A DNA stretch of 56,258 nucleotides, from positions 1 through 56,258 of the IMG/VR virus record IMGVR_UViG_3300046170_000034, one strand, 5' to 3'. The notes under the pieces were generated by a model. It did no database searches and was not told the DNA's origin. It saw only the letters and a program-made list of their open reading frames with translations. Positions 48,341-56,080 of the stretch are shown here, piece by piece. The translations under genes and the position numbers were made by a program. The number at the start of each line of letters is the position of its first letter. Position 1 is the first letter of the stretch. Source of the DNA: a virus. Taxonomy: Duplodnaviria > Caudoviricetes.

Positions 48341-48556
48341 TCATTGTTTTTTCCTTGGCGGAATGGCCGAGACTTTTCTCCAACTATCCGTGTAATAACT
48401 GTAACCAACAAGGTCTTCCTTGACGTGGGGACTTTGATACGGCTCTTCAACCAACACCTGACCCATGCCTCTGACGAACTCGATTGTCGCTTCTACTTCC
48501 TCGATCCTCGGATCTGGTTCATATCGTATGGATCTATAGAGTCTACTCACACCCAT
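48341..48556 (-). CDS. Small hypothetical protein
   Basis: GAGG RBS, ATG 48556. Confidence 0.45.
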   Translation of the reverse strand: MGVSRLYRSIRYEPDPRIEEVEATIEFVRGMGQVLVEEPYQSPHVKEDLVGYSYYTDSWRKVSAIPPRKKQ

Positions 48557-48564
48557 GTTGCACC

Positions 48565-48735
48565 TCACTTATCTACCGTCATACAAATGATACCTTGATT
48601 AACGGGCATTGTCTCACCCCAAGTTAATTCAGTTATGGCGACGTGGCACTGGGCGACGGTGTCGTAGCCGCCCAGTATTTTTGTTTCAAAATCTCCGCTG
48701 CCTAAAGATACAACCAAGACTAGCACCCACTTCAT
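48565..48735 (-). CDS. Small protein with hydrophobic N-terminus (56 aa)
   Basis: MKWVLVLVVSLG...YDTVAQCH...IICMTVDK*; TAATG-coupled. Confidence 0.6.
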   Translation of the reverse strand: MKWVLVLVVSLGSGDFETKILGGYDTVAQCHVAITELTWGETMPVNQGIICMTVDK

Positions 48736-49004
48736 TAGTCGTCACCCAACGGAAACCGATTCTTCAAGGCGAAGTAAGCTGACTCCATCTTATTAACATC
48801 GGACATCCACACATCACCGATTTCATTACAGCACTGAACGACACTTTGAAGCACGTCACGAGCCTCTTTGATCGCCTCGCGTTGATCGTCATCCAGATGC
48901 ATAGCCGACACACGCAGTTGCTCATCCCTGTCATCACGTATCTTTTGATAGTGCTCTGCACGTTCTTGATCGGTCATGTTTTCAACCAGTTTATTTCTAC
49001 CCAT
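48735..49004 (-). CDS. Hypothetical protein
   Basis: AAGGAG RBS, 89 aa. Confidence 0.7.
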   Translation of the reverse strand: MGRNKLVENMTDQERAEHYQKIRDDRDEQLRVSAMHLDDDQREAIKEARDVLQSVVQCCNEIGDVWMSDVNKMESAYFALKNRFPLGDD

Positions 49005-49018
49005 AATCTTGCTCCTTA

Positions 49019-49321
49019 TTAGCTGTTGTTCATAAATTTAGTTATGCTAAAATTTTTACCCGTCCGTCGCTTGTACTGGATATTTTTTCTAGGGTTTTCT
49101 GCGTCCTCAACCAGTTCAGGAACATCGGCAAAGGCCACATACAGTGAGCCAAGTGCTTCGCCGAAACCTTCATCGACCTCGGGATAAATAGATATCGAAA
49201 CACCTAAGTCTTCACGAGTAAACTTGACACAAAGATTTTTGACATCAATCCATGTTTCTCTGCCACGCAACCTGTAGTTGAGTATTCCGCAACAAAACAT
49301 CTTCGGTGTATCTTTGTACAC
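49019..49321 (-). CDS. Hypothetical protein
   Basis: 100-aa ORF in the early operon. Confidence 0.55.
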   Translation of the reverse strand: MYKDTPKMFCCGILNYRLRGRETWIDVKNLCVKFTREDLGVSISIYPEVDEGFGEALGSLYVAFADVPELVEDAENPRKNIQYKRRTGKNFSITKFMNNS

Positions 49322-49324
49322 TAC

Positions 49325-49603
49325 TCATGCTCGCCCCCTTTGCCCTCTGCCAAGACCACCAAAATACTGTGGCTTGCGTCGGGCTGTTGCAAATACACCC
49401 GCCGTAATAAACACACCTGATATCAACAAGGCGTGTGCTATTACACTGATACCGAACACAGTGATAGAACCGACAGACATTCCGAAAATTATGCACCACA
49501 TCCATGCCAGTATTTGCATGACTAGGTGCCGAGTATTGTTATCCGGAATGTAGGACAATGGGTTACGCTTACTGTCCATGATTAGTTTATATAATTTAAT
49601 CAT
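49325..49603 (-). CDS. Small 2-TM membrane protein
   Basis: NPLSYIPD...MQILAWMWCIIF...AHALLISGVFIT. Confidence 0.7.
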   Translation of the reverse strand: MIKLYKLIMDSKRNPLSYIPDNNTRHLVMQILAWMWCIIFGMSVGSITVFGISVIAHALLISGVFITAGVFATARRKPQYFGGLGRGQRGRA

Positions 49604-49746
49604 CGTCCTTGCCCTCTATCAAATCCGCATATTTCCTACGAGCCTCGTGATAGACTTCGATCAGGCTTTCGCCGTGCTTGTCCGTCCATTCTTCAACGGT
49701 CATGTCGATGGCATCTTCTTCCATGTCCATGACCCACGCTTTTACC

Positions 49747-49977
49747 TTACCCATTTCTACCCCACATTATGTCCATGATTTCTTCCATAGGCTCTGCCAC
49801 AAACCAGCCATACTGATTAGTCACATCAGTTATATGCGTGACCTTGCGGTGCTTATCACCGCGTGTAAGAGTGCGCTCGTACATCGAGAAGCTAGAACCG
49901 ACCAGATAAAGAAGTTCATCGTGATCAGGGTGTAGCGTGGTCTCATCAACCTTCATTAGAACTAAACGTTTTATCAT
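49747..49977 (-). CDS. Hypothetical protein
   Basis: GAGG RBS, ATG 49977. Confidence 0.55.
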   Translation of the reverse strand: MIKRLVLMKVDETTLHPDHDELLYLVGSSFSMYERTLTRGDKHRKVTHITDVTNQYGWFVAEPMEEIMDIMWGRNG

Positions 49978-50088
49978 TTTACTTTCCTCATTGGTTTGGA
50001 TAGGGCATCCTTCAACCATGCCCTGTGGTTAATCCGGAGATGAAGAACCCGACTTATTATCGGCTTCTTCAAGGTTATGGTGTGAAGC

Positions 50089-51223
50089 TTAATCCTCATT
50101 ACGCATCCCCTTAAACAAGTGAGCCACCGCATCGATAGTCCAGCCATTGCCAAGCATTTTGTAACGCTGGGTGTTCGACACATGATCAGTGTAACCATCA
50201 GGTATAGTCTGCAACCGCTCACATTCTGTCGGCGTTAGCTTGCGCCATGCAAGCCTCATGTCAGGACTGTAAGCCTCGGGATAACGACCCTCGGGCAGAT
50301 CAGACAACAAGGTATCCTTCTCCACAGTCGATAGGCATCGAGCCTTATCAACCTCATGCACCTCGAGGCATTGTGTGATCGGAACATCCTTGTCGTAATC
50401 CTTACGCACACCATCCTCGTTGATCCGGCGTCCGACAATGGACGCTGGCCATAGAACCTTCGGCTCTAGGTTGCCACCTGATGCCGCCGCCAGAGACGGT
50501 GCCTTGCCATCGGGATGATAGACTCTGCGATTGTAGCCATGACCCTTCAGATCAGCATCAGCGATGTGGCATAAGCCATCCTTGCTGAACACCAACTGTC
50601 GGCGGTTCTTCTGGAAGTAGGTTCTCAGGTTACCACCCTTGAAGTAGTTCGCATCAATGCAATGCGACTTCTCTCTGTCAGTGCACCCATGCTCGAGGAT
50701 GTCACGCAACTTGATACCCCGATCTTCGGGCAAGCCATCAAAGGGAATGTTCGTCCAGTATAGGCGGTGACGGTTCTGCGCCGAAACCAAATTACTATTC
50801 ATGACGATAGGCTCGACACCCATGATCCGCGATATGATGTCCTGACTTTCCTTTTTCATACGCACGTTCTCAAGCAGGAAATACTTTGGCTTGAGTCTTT
50901 TAAATACTTTGGCGAACTCAAAGAATAGTTTGCTTCGAGGGTCATCGAAATTTAACCCTGCCCCTGCAAACGAAAATCCCTGACAAGGTGAGCCACCAAT
51001 CAACAGATCGATCTTGCCTGTAAAGGCAACAGCATTCACCCAGTTGTTGAACCCTGATCCGGTGACGTCGCCAAGTTGCACGATGTCAGGGGTAGTTGGC
51101 CTGACTGACCTTCTTTGCATACTTGTCAATCTCACACGCATAATACTTGGTGACAGGGATGCCAGCACGTTCAAGTGCTAGCCGCCCACATGACATACCG
51201 TCAAACATACTTAGAACTTTCAT
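50089..51223 (-). CDS. C5-cytosine DNA methyltransferase (frameshifts near the 5' end)
   Basis: MKVLSMFDG, CEIDKYA, GGSPCQGFS, LLENV, QNRHRLYW, LTPTECERLQ, MLGNGW. Confidence 0.92.
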
Positions 51224-51417
51224 TGTCCTGCTCCCCCTTTTATCAACTCGTGCTCTAACAAAGCCTTCACGATGCCAGCCTTCCTAGCGTAAAAAAGGGC
51301 ATCATCGCTACCGTCATCAATCTGCTCATCGATGTACCTATCAAGGGCAACCTCGAGCACGTTCCACTGTGGTGCGGTCAATGGCACCGATAATAATTTC
51401 AAAGTATTATCCTTCAT
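51220..51417 (-). CDS. Small hypothetical protein
   Basis: GAGG RBS; ATGA-coupled. Confidence 0.6.
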   Translation of the reverse strand: MKDNTLKLLSVPLTAPQWNVLEVALDRYIDEQIDDGSDDALFYARKAGIVKALLEHELIKGGAGQ

Positions 51418-51587
51418 GATGGCACCTCTGTAATATCCAATGTCTCCTGATCATACTTCTCAGGATCACCTGTATGCAGAACTGTGAACTCATTGTTCGC
51501 AACCTCAATGGCATCAGCCTTGTTGGTGGCAAACACGCGAACTGTCTTGGTGACAGTCGCCCTGATTTCAACCTCGTACTCGTTCAT
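51414..51587 (-). CDS. Small hypothetical protein (57 aa)
   Basis: MNEYEVEIRATVTKTVRVFATNKADAIEVA...; coupled at both ends. Confidence 0.6.
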   Translation of the reverse strand: MNEYEVEIRATVTKTVRVFATNKADAIEVANNEFTVLHTGDPEKYDQETLDITEVPS

Positions 51588-51784
51588 GACTCGCTCCCAT
51601 CAGCAATAAACAGAAAACCCTCGTTGTTGCCTTCGGGATCACAACTGACCTCGATGACCATCGCACCATGCTTGGGGTGAACCAAACCAAATGTCGGAAA
51701 GCCATCGTCACTCGTCCAAAACTTGGCGATCTTAGAGCCTACAAGTTGCTCGTAATACTCATCCTGTACGTTGTGCCTAGACAT
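51584..51784 (-). CDS. Small hypothetical protein
   Basis: AAGGAG RBS; DPEGNNEGFLFI. Confidence 0.65.
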   Translation of the reverse strand: MSRHNVQDEYYEQLVGSKIAKFWTSDDGFPTFGLVHPKHGAMVIEVSCDPEGNNEGFLFIADGSES

Positions 51785-52151
51785 TAGCAGACTCCTTACC
51801 AAACCAACGAACAGCCACGTCATGCGTAATGACATAGTTCTTCTCAGTCTTTGAACATTTTACAATGAATGGATTCTTACGTGCACGTTTGCGATAACCG
51901 CCCAACGTGTAGGTGTCGTGCACCTTATCAAGATCAAGCTGATACAGATCAGCACAAGCACGTAAGTCCTGCATCTCAGTTGACTCAGAACCAGCAATCT
52001 TAACCTCAAGCTTGAAGGTAATACGATCATCACGATAAGATGCATTGCCTACATGAAACTCAAGATCAGGTAACCCTGCTCTGAAGAATGTAGATAGATG
52101 CTCATTCAAATCATCACGAACTTTATTCACTACTTGTTTATCGAACGCCAT
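51777..52151 (-). CDS. Hypothetical protein
   Basis: AAGGAG RBS, ATG 52151; GYRKRARKNPF. Confidence 0.7.
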   Translation of the reverse strand: MAFDKQVVNKVRDDLNEHLSTFFRAGLPDLEFHVGNASYRDDRITFKLEVKIAGSESTEMQDLRACADLYQLDLDKVHDTYTLGGYRKRARKNPFIVKCSKTEKNYVITHDVAVRWFGKESANV

Positions 52152-52190
52152 GTCATTACTCCTTTTGACTCGGTTCATGTTTAGTGTTGC

Positions 52191-52228
52191 TTGGTACTCG
52201 ATTCCCGAACCTCGAACCTTGGTACTTG
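52191..52228 (-). repeat. 7-bp periodic array
   Basis: Minus strand CAAGTAC CAAGGTT CGAGGTT CGGGAAT CGAGTAC CAA. Confidence 0.7.
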
Positions 52229-52373
52229 TTACGGTGAATCCCATGCGGTACACTGTGATATAAGATACCTTATCCTAGCTTATCCCATACATGCAAGGAT
52301 TATTTTTACGAAAGTGACGTGTATATAGTGTTTTCTACAGGAAAAAGTTTTTATAAAAAATTTTTCAAATCTG

Positions 52374-52449
52374 GTGTATAAGTGTAACGAGTGTAACGAG
52401 TGTTGTTTTCATTACATTATTCTCGTTACACTTCGTTACGTTTATACAC
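52374..52449. repeat. Direct and inverted GTAACGA repeats beside an AT-rich tract (candidate origin)
   Basis: GTGTATAA-GTGTAACGA x2 ... CTCGTTACAC-TTCGTTAC-TTATACAC. Confidence 0.7.
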
Positions 52450-52533
52450 TTCATAGGGTCACGAGTGAGACCGCGAACACTTTTTTGTTTTTGAAAATAA
52501 AAACCCACAGAAAAACCTATAGGAGATTTTGTT

Positions 52534-53079
52534 TTGCCTAATCCTGCTGGACGCCCCTCTGGGCTGACAAACAGACAAAGAGAATTTGCTAGATACTATG
52601 TCGATGGCAGACATAGTAATGCAGAGTGTGCAAGGTTGGCTGGGTATGCCGAAGACTCTGCCGCACAACACGCATCAAAGCTGTTAAACGGAAAGTCATA
52701 CCCGCTTGTTGTCGAGTTGATAAAAGAACTACGACAGGATCGAGAGCGCAAGTATGGTGTCACCCTGCTTGGACAGTTAAAGCGATTGGATGAACTGTCA
52801 CGCAACGCTGAGACCGAAGGGCAATTCTCTGCCGCTATCAACGCTGAGAAGATACGATCCGCTTTAGGTGGTTTAACTATCGACAGGCGAGAGCAACAGC
52901 ATGTCCACCAGCTTGATAAGCTGTCGCGTGAAGAGATTGTCGCACGACTAGCAGACATAAGAAAACAGCACCCAAGCCTAGATGATATGAAGGTTGTTAA
53001 AGATGCCAAAGACAGAGAAAGCACTATCGACCTCATTGAAGCAGAAGTTACCGAAAAAGAGTCATTACCAACGGATTGA
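52534..53079 (+). CDS. terS: Terminase small subunit
   Basis: AGGAG and TTG start; LTNRQREFARYYV...AECARLAGY...ASKLL HTH; SAAINAE. Confidence 0.85.
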   Translation: MPNPAGRPSGLTNRQREFARYYVDGRHSNAECARLAGYAEDSAAQHASKLLNGKSYPLVVELIKELRQDRERKYGVTLLGQLKRLDELSRNAETEGQFSAAINAEKIRSALGGLTIDRREQQHVHQLDKLSREEIVARLADIRKQHPSLDDMKVVKDAKDRESTIDLIEAEVTEKESLPTD

Positions 53080-53428
53080 AAACCGCGCTGGCGAAGGGAT
53101 GCCGGACGTTTATATGTGCCTCGATGGTGTCCCGATCTGGCTTGAGTTAAAAATAATTAAAAGTAACCGAGTTACGGTTAACAAGTCACAGATTGCGTGG
53201 CATCTTGGGCATTCTCGCTGTAATGGCGTGAGTTTTTTCTTGTTACACGACCCCTCGAAGGGTGATGTACTTTTGTTTGACGGAGGTTTTGCGTTCAAGT
53301 TCCAAGGTTCGGGGATCGATGTCCTGCGTCCTGCGGCTTTATATGATGGTGACTTGAAGGGATTGCCCTGCGTCCTGCGCGCCAAGGCTATAGATGCGTG
53401 GCTCTGCGTCCTGCGTCCTGCGACTTAA
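53003..53428 (+). CDS. Holliday-junction resolvase / VRR-NUC-like nuclease
   Basis: E...RIEN..GEGMPDV...WLELK...QIAWH PD-(D/E)xK pattern. Confidence 0.8.
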   Translation: MPKTEKALSTSLKQKLPKKSHYQRIENRAGEGMPDVYMCLDGVPIWLELKIIKSNRVTVNKSQIAWHLGHSRCNGVSFFLLHDPSKGDVLLFDGGFAFKFQGSGIDVLRPAALYDGDLKGLPCVLRAKAIDAWLCVLRPAT

Positions 53429-53487
53429 TATAAAAAGAGCGCAGGCGCTGGGAAAAAAACAAACAAAAAACCCTGCGTCCTGCGCCC
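53296..53487 (+). repeat. CTGCGTC heptamer cluster A
   Basis: Tandem CTGCGTC/CTGCGCC units at ~53324, 53368, 53404 and 53473, in phase with upstream CAAGGTT CGGGGAT units. Confidence 0.85.
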
Positions 53488-53548
53488 TAGTTGTCATGGA
53501 GCTAGACAATGATTGAAGTTACCACAGCCTGTGAGGCTGTGGCAATGG

Positions 53549-53788
53549 CTAGAATGTGAAATCAGTGTAGACAATGGTGTCTTCTTTTAAGAAAATTTCG
53601 CGGTTCATGTCGTGCCAGTCGGATAGGCTATATTCTGCGACTCGATCTTTGGTTGCGCGGTTCCTGTGATTGATGACATAGACCGCTTTGGCATCAGGCT
53701 TGCGCTTGACAAGGTCGCCTTGGTTCATGTGACGTAATGCGATTGCTCGCATTACGTCCCCGTCTTTGGCTGTTATATATTTTGGCAT
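53549..53788 (-). CDS. Small hypothetical early protein
   Basis: 79 aa; GGGG RBS; followed by hairpin CCACAGCCT-GTG-AGGCTGTGG. Confidence 0.65.
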   Translation of the reverse strand: MPKYITAKDGDVMRAIALRHMNQGDLVKRKPDAKAVYVINHRNRATKDRVAEYSLSDWHDMNREIFLKEDTIVYTDFTF

Positions 53789-53798
53789 GATGTTTCCC

Positions 53799-54414
53799 CT
53801 AGTGTTGATGATAGGTTACATTGGCAACCGAGCGATCCCAGCATGCGCGACAATCAGCACATTTTCCCGCCCTGCAATGGCGCCGGACATGACCAGCCCT
53901 GCACATTGTCGTCATTGCTTGCGACTGTGCTGGTATTTTGCCAGCCCTGCGACGGTGCACCGTCGATCATATGGGCGGACATTCGCAACGTGACGTTGTC
54001 CGGCAGGTCGCGGGTTTTCAAAACGTCGCCCCATATCTTATATTCACGCGACGGAATCCAATGTATTTTGCTCGGCGTTGCCTCGCATACGTCTAGAATG
54101 TCATTGCACATTTTAACATCGCGCACGTCGCCCGAGTCAAACCAACGGAATTCAACCGGACGCAATCGCATGATTAACCGTGCCATGCGCGGCACGAAAT
54201 CGATAGCGTCGAAGAATTCTTCGCGCCGTTCCATAGCGTTTTTAACATTGGGCATATTGTACATGCCTTTGCATGCGTAACAATTATGGCATGTGCTACC
54301 TTTAATTTTTCTAAGCTTCATACCTACGTTGCATAAATACGCGCTTCGACTAATTGATTTGCAGGGCATTTTGCTGGTGCCCGAAAGCATCTTCATATCA
54401 TCGATCTTGTTCAT
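53799..54414 (-). CDS. GP88-like Cys-rich (radical-SAM-related) phage protein, one frameshift near 53860
   Basis: SKMPC, C...STCHNCYA, FRWFDSGD, HWIPSRE, C-terminal CPA...KC.DCRACW in the shifted frame. Confidence 0.75.
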
Positions 54415-54443
54415 TTTGTTTTCCTCTCGTTGTTATGCATAGG

Positions 54444-54471
54444 ATTATATAGGATTATCCAGGCTATGCAA
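54444..54471 (-). promoter_or_regulatory. Sigma70-like promoter
   Basis: TTGCAT-16-TATAAT; spacer contains GGATAATCC. Confidence 0.6.
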
Positions 54472-54519
54472 ACCCAAAAACATGCATGCAGCTTGGTTAA
54501 CCGAATTTTGGTTAACCCG

Positions 54520-54605
54520 GCCTGCGCGTATCGTCCCGCGTTGCGCCTTTGTATATATCGCGCCTGCGTCCTGCGCCCTGCGTCCTGCGCCTGCGTCCTG
54601 CGCCC
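54520..54605 (+). repeat. CTGCGTC heptamer cluster B
   Basis: GCCTGCGTCCTGCGCCCTGCGTCCTGCGCCTGCGTCCTGCGCCC at ~54562-54605. Confidence 0.9.
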
Positions 54606-54615
54606 CTCTATATAT

Positions 54616-54648
54616 AAAAAGACCCGACAAGCTATAAGCTTGTCGGGT
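54616..54648 (-). terminator. Rho-independent terminator
   Basis: Minus strand ACCCGACAAGCT-TAT-AGCTTGTCGGGT-CTTTTT. Confidence 0.8.
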
Positions 54649-54699
54649 GAGTCTCAAGGGAGGAATGCACGGTATTACCACCCCGTGCGGTGGATTCTA

Positions 54700-54978
54700 T
54701 TATCCGTTTGGATAGTGCTCGCGCCATTCATCCGTGGCGGCAGACAGTCTGCCGAATTGCCGAATCTCTCCGGCATAGGCGTCTCCGAATTCACCCTCCG
54801 GACAATAGTCGGACGTCGTAAAGGTGAACCACCTTGCATGCTTGTCGGACGCTTCTTTGTCCGGACGCTTGTATGTTTTGAGAATGCACCAAGTGAACCC
54901 CTGATTGCCGCGATAGACGGCGTATGGTTCATACTTGGTGGTCGATTTACCGAATGGGTTTGTTTTACGTTGCGTCAT
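54700..54978 (-). CDS. Small hypothetical early protein
   Basis: AAGGAG RBS; NPFGKS...ILKTYK...ARWF...GEFGDAY. Confidence 0.75.
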   Translation of the reverse strand: MTQRKTNPFGKSTTKYEPYAVYRGNQGFTWCILKTYKRPDKEASDKHARWFTFTTSDYCPEGEFGDAYAGEIRQFGRLSAATDEWREHYPNG

Positions 54979-55006
54979 GTTTTGCTCCTTTATGACTATG
55001 GGGAAA

Positions 55007-55032
55007 GCCTATACCGGATATCCGGTATAGGC
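55007..55032. promoter_or_regulatory. Perfect 26-bp palindrome overlapping a candidate minus-strand promoter
   Basis: GCCTATACCGGATATCCGGTATAGGC; on the minus strand TTGCCT-17-TAGGCT. Confidence 0.6.
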
Positions 55033-55042
55033 AATAGGTTAT

Positions 55043-55447
55043 TTACTTAACTGAATACTGGCGTTCGGCACGTTGGCCGTGCACGACTGGGCGTTCCGAT
55101 ACGACTGTCACCTCACCCACGCGCTTGATATCGACAAGCAGGGTGGCAACACTCTTTTCAGTTAAACCCAAGAACGTGCTCAATTGCTTCTTGGTAAAGC
55201 TACCTTTACTCATTAGCTCGACGCCTCGCTTGATAGTCGATACACCCATACGAAGCTTTACAGGCTTCTTTACAGGCACCACGTCCGGCACCTTGATCTC
55301 GATATTGTCACCCTCGAGCCAGCACGCGCCGGAAACAATATCATCATGATAGATCCAGACCGTATAGTTTCCGCCGGACGTTGCTTGGATCTCGACCTTA
55401 TTCACGTTCTCATACGTGTTATGTGCATACTTAATCATTTTATTCAC
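55043..55447 (-). CDS. Hypothetical protein with C-terminal HTH-like segment
   Basis: FTKKQLSTFLGLTEKSVATLLVDIK. Confidence 0.65.
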   Translation of the reverse strand: MNKMIKYAHNTYENVNKVEIQATSGGNYTVWIYHDDIVSGACWLEGDNIEIKVPDVVPVKKPVKLRMGVSTIKRGVELMSKGSFTKKQLSTFLGLTEKSVATLLVDIKRVGEVTVVSERPVVHGQRAERQYSVK

Positions 55448-55536
55448 TCCATTGTTTGTTTGACTGTTTCGACCTTCATGGTCTCATCAGCGACGGAACA
55501 ACCGCCGGACAGTCGGGGGGCATTGCCCCCCTTCCC

Positions 55537-55770
55537 TTATTTCAAGACAATGTTTTGATCGTCCATCACTTCGATCCAGACCTTGGCGCCACATGATAAC
55601 GGCTTGTCAGGGCTATAGACTAGGCGCATACGACCCTCAATCTCGACCGAATTAGCATATGTATTCGTGTTCCGGTTCTTGACGGTGAACACGGGATCGC
55701 GTTCACCTGTCTTTGCATTGGCACGGATAACGTGCTGATTTACATGAATGCGAGTAATAGCTTTGCGCAT
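55537..55770 (-). CDS. Small conserved phage protein
   Basis: IHVNQHVIRAN...YSPDKPLSCGAKVWIE. Confidence 0.75.
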   Translation of the reverse strand: MRKAITRIHVNQHVIRANAKTGERDPVFTVKNRNTNTYANSVEIEGRMRLVYSPDKPLSCGAKVWIEVMDDQNIVLK

Positions 55771-55773
55771 GAT

Positions 55774-56019
55774 TTAACCCCTTCTCATTACTGTGTTGCC
55801 AGACTTGATGATCCAGTCACCGTTCGATAGGTCGGCGGATCGAACACCACCCACGCTGAAATCAACGAACGTGATCAGGTTTGGATAGTCATCACTTGGA
55901 CGCTGATCATTCTCGACGACCTGTCCATATGCTTTGCGAATGTCGCCGTTCTTCTTAGTGAATACCATTGTCATGATCCGACCTTTAAGTGCCTTCTTGA
56001 TTGTATCTCTCGTGTTCAT
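55774..56019 (-). CDS. Small SH3/WYL-like beta-barrel protein
   Basis: VFTKKNGDIRK...FVDF...VRS. Confidence 0.6.
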   Translation of the reverse strand: MNTRDTIKKALKGRIMTMVFTKKNGDIRKAYGQVVENDQRPSDDYPNLITFVDFSVGGVRSADLSNGDWIIKSGNTVMRRG

Positions 56020-56052
56020 TTGATTAATCCCTTGTTTGTTTCGTTACATATT

Positions 56053-56080
56053 ATAATAAGCATATAATCCCATAATTCAA
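56053..56080 (-). promoter_or_regulatory. Sigma70-like early promoter
   Basis: TTGAAT-16-TATTAT; spacer begins TATGGGATTA. Confidence 0.5.

Noticed and set aside
51777-52253. N-terminal extension of the 51777 ORF to 52253
   Set aside because: A strong AAGGAG RBS precedes ATG 52151, and the extension runs through the heptamer array and promoter region.
22949-54414. Frameshifts in the GDLA paralog 3, FTQS protein, UvrD helicase, SSB, RHH, SNF2 helicase, methyltransferase and GP88-like genes, read as pseudogenes or programmed frameshifts
   Set aside because: Breaks are mostly single extra bases, often in short homopolymers. They hit probably essential genes whose motifs are otherwise intact and show no consistent slippery site. 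Read or assembly error is the simplest explanation; check by short-read polishing.
53296-54605. CTGCGTC repeats as a CRISPR array
   Set aside because: Units are 7 bp, tandem, without unique spacers, and no cas genes are present.
54430-55050. 206-aa plus-strand ORF (CVLRPASCACVLRP)
   Set aside because: It is a translation of the heptamer repeats and the antisense of 54700..54978; no RBS.
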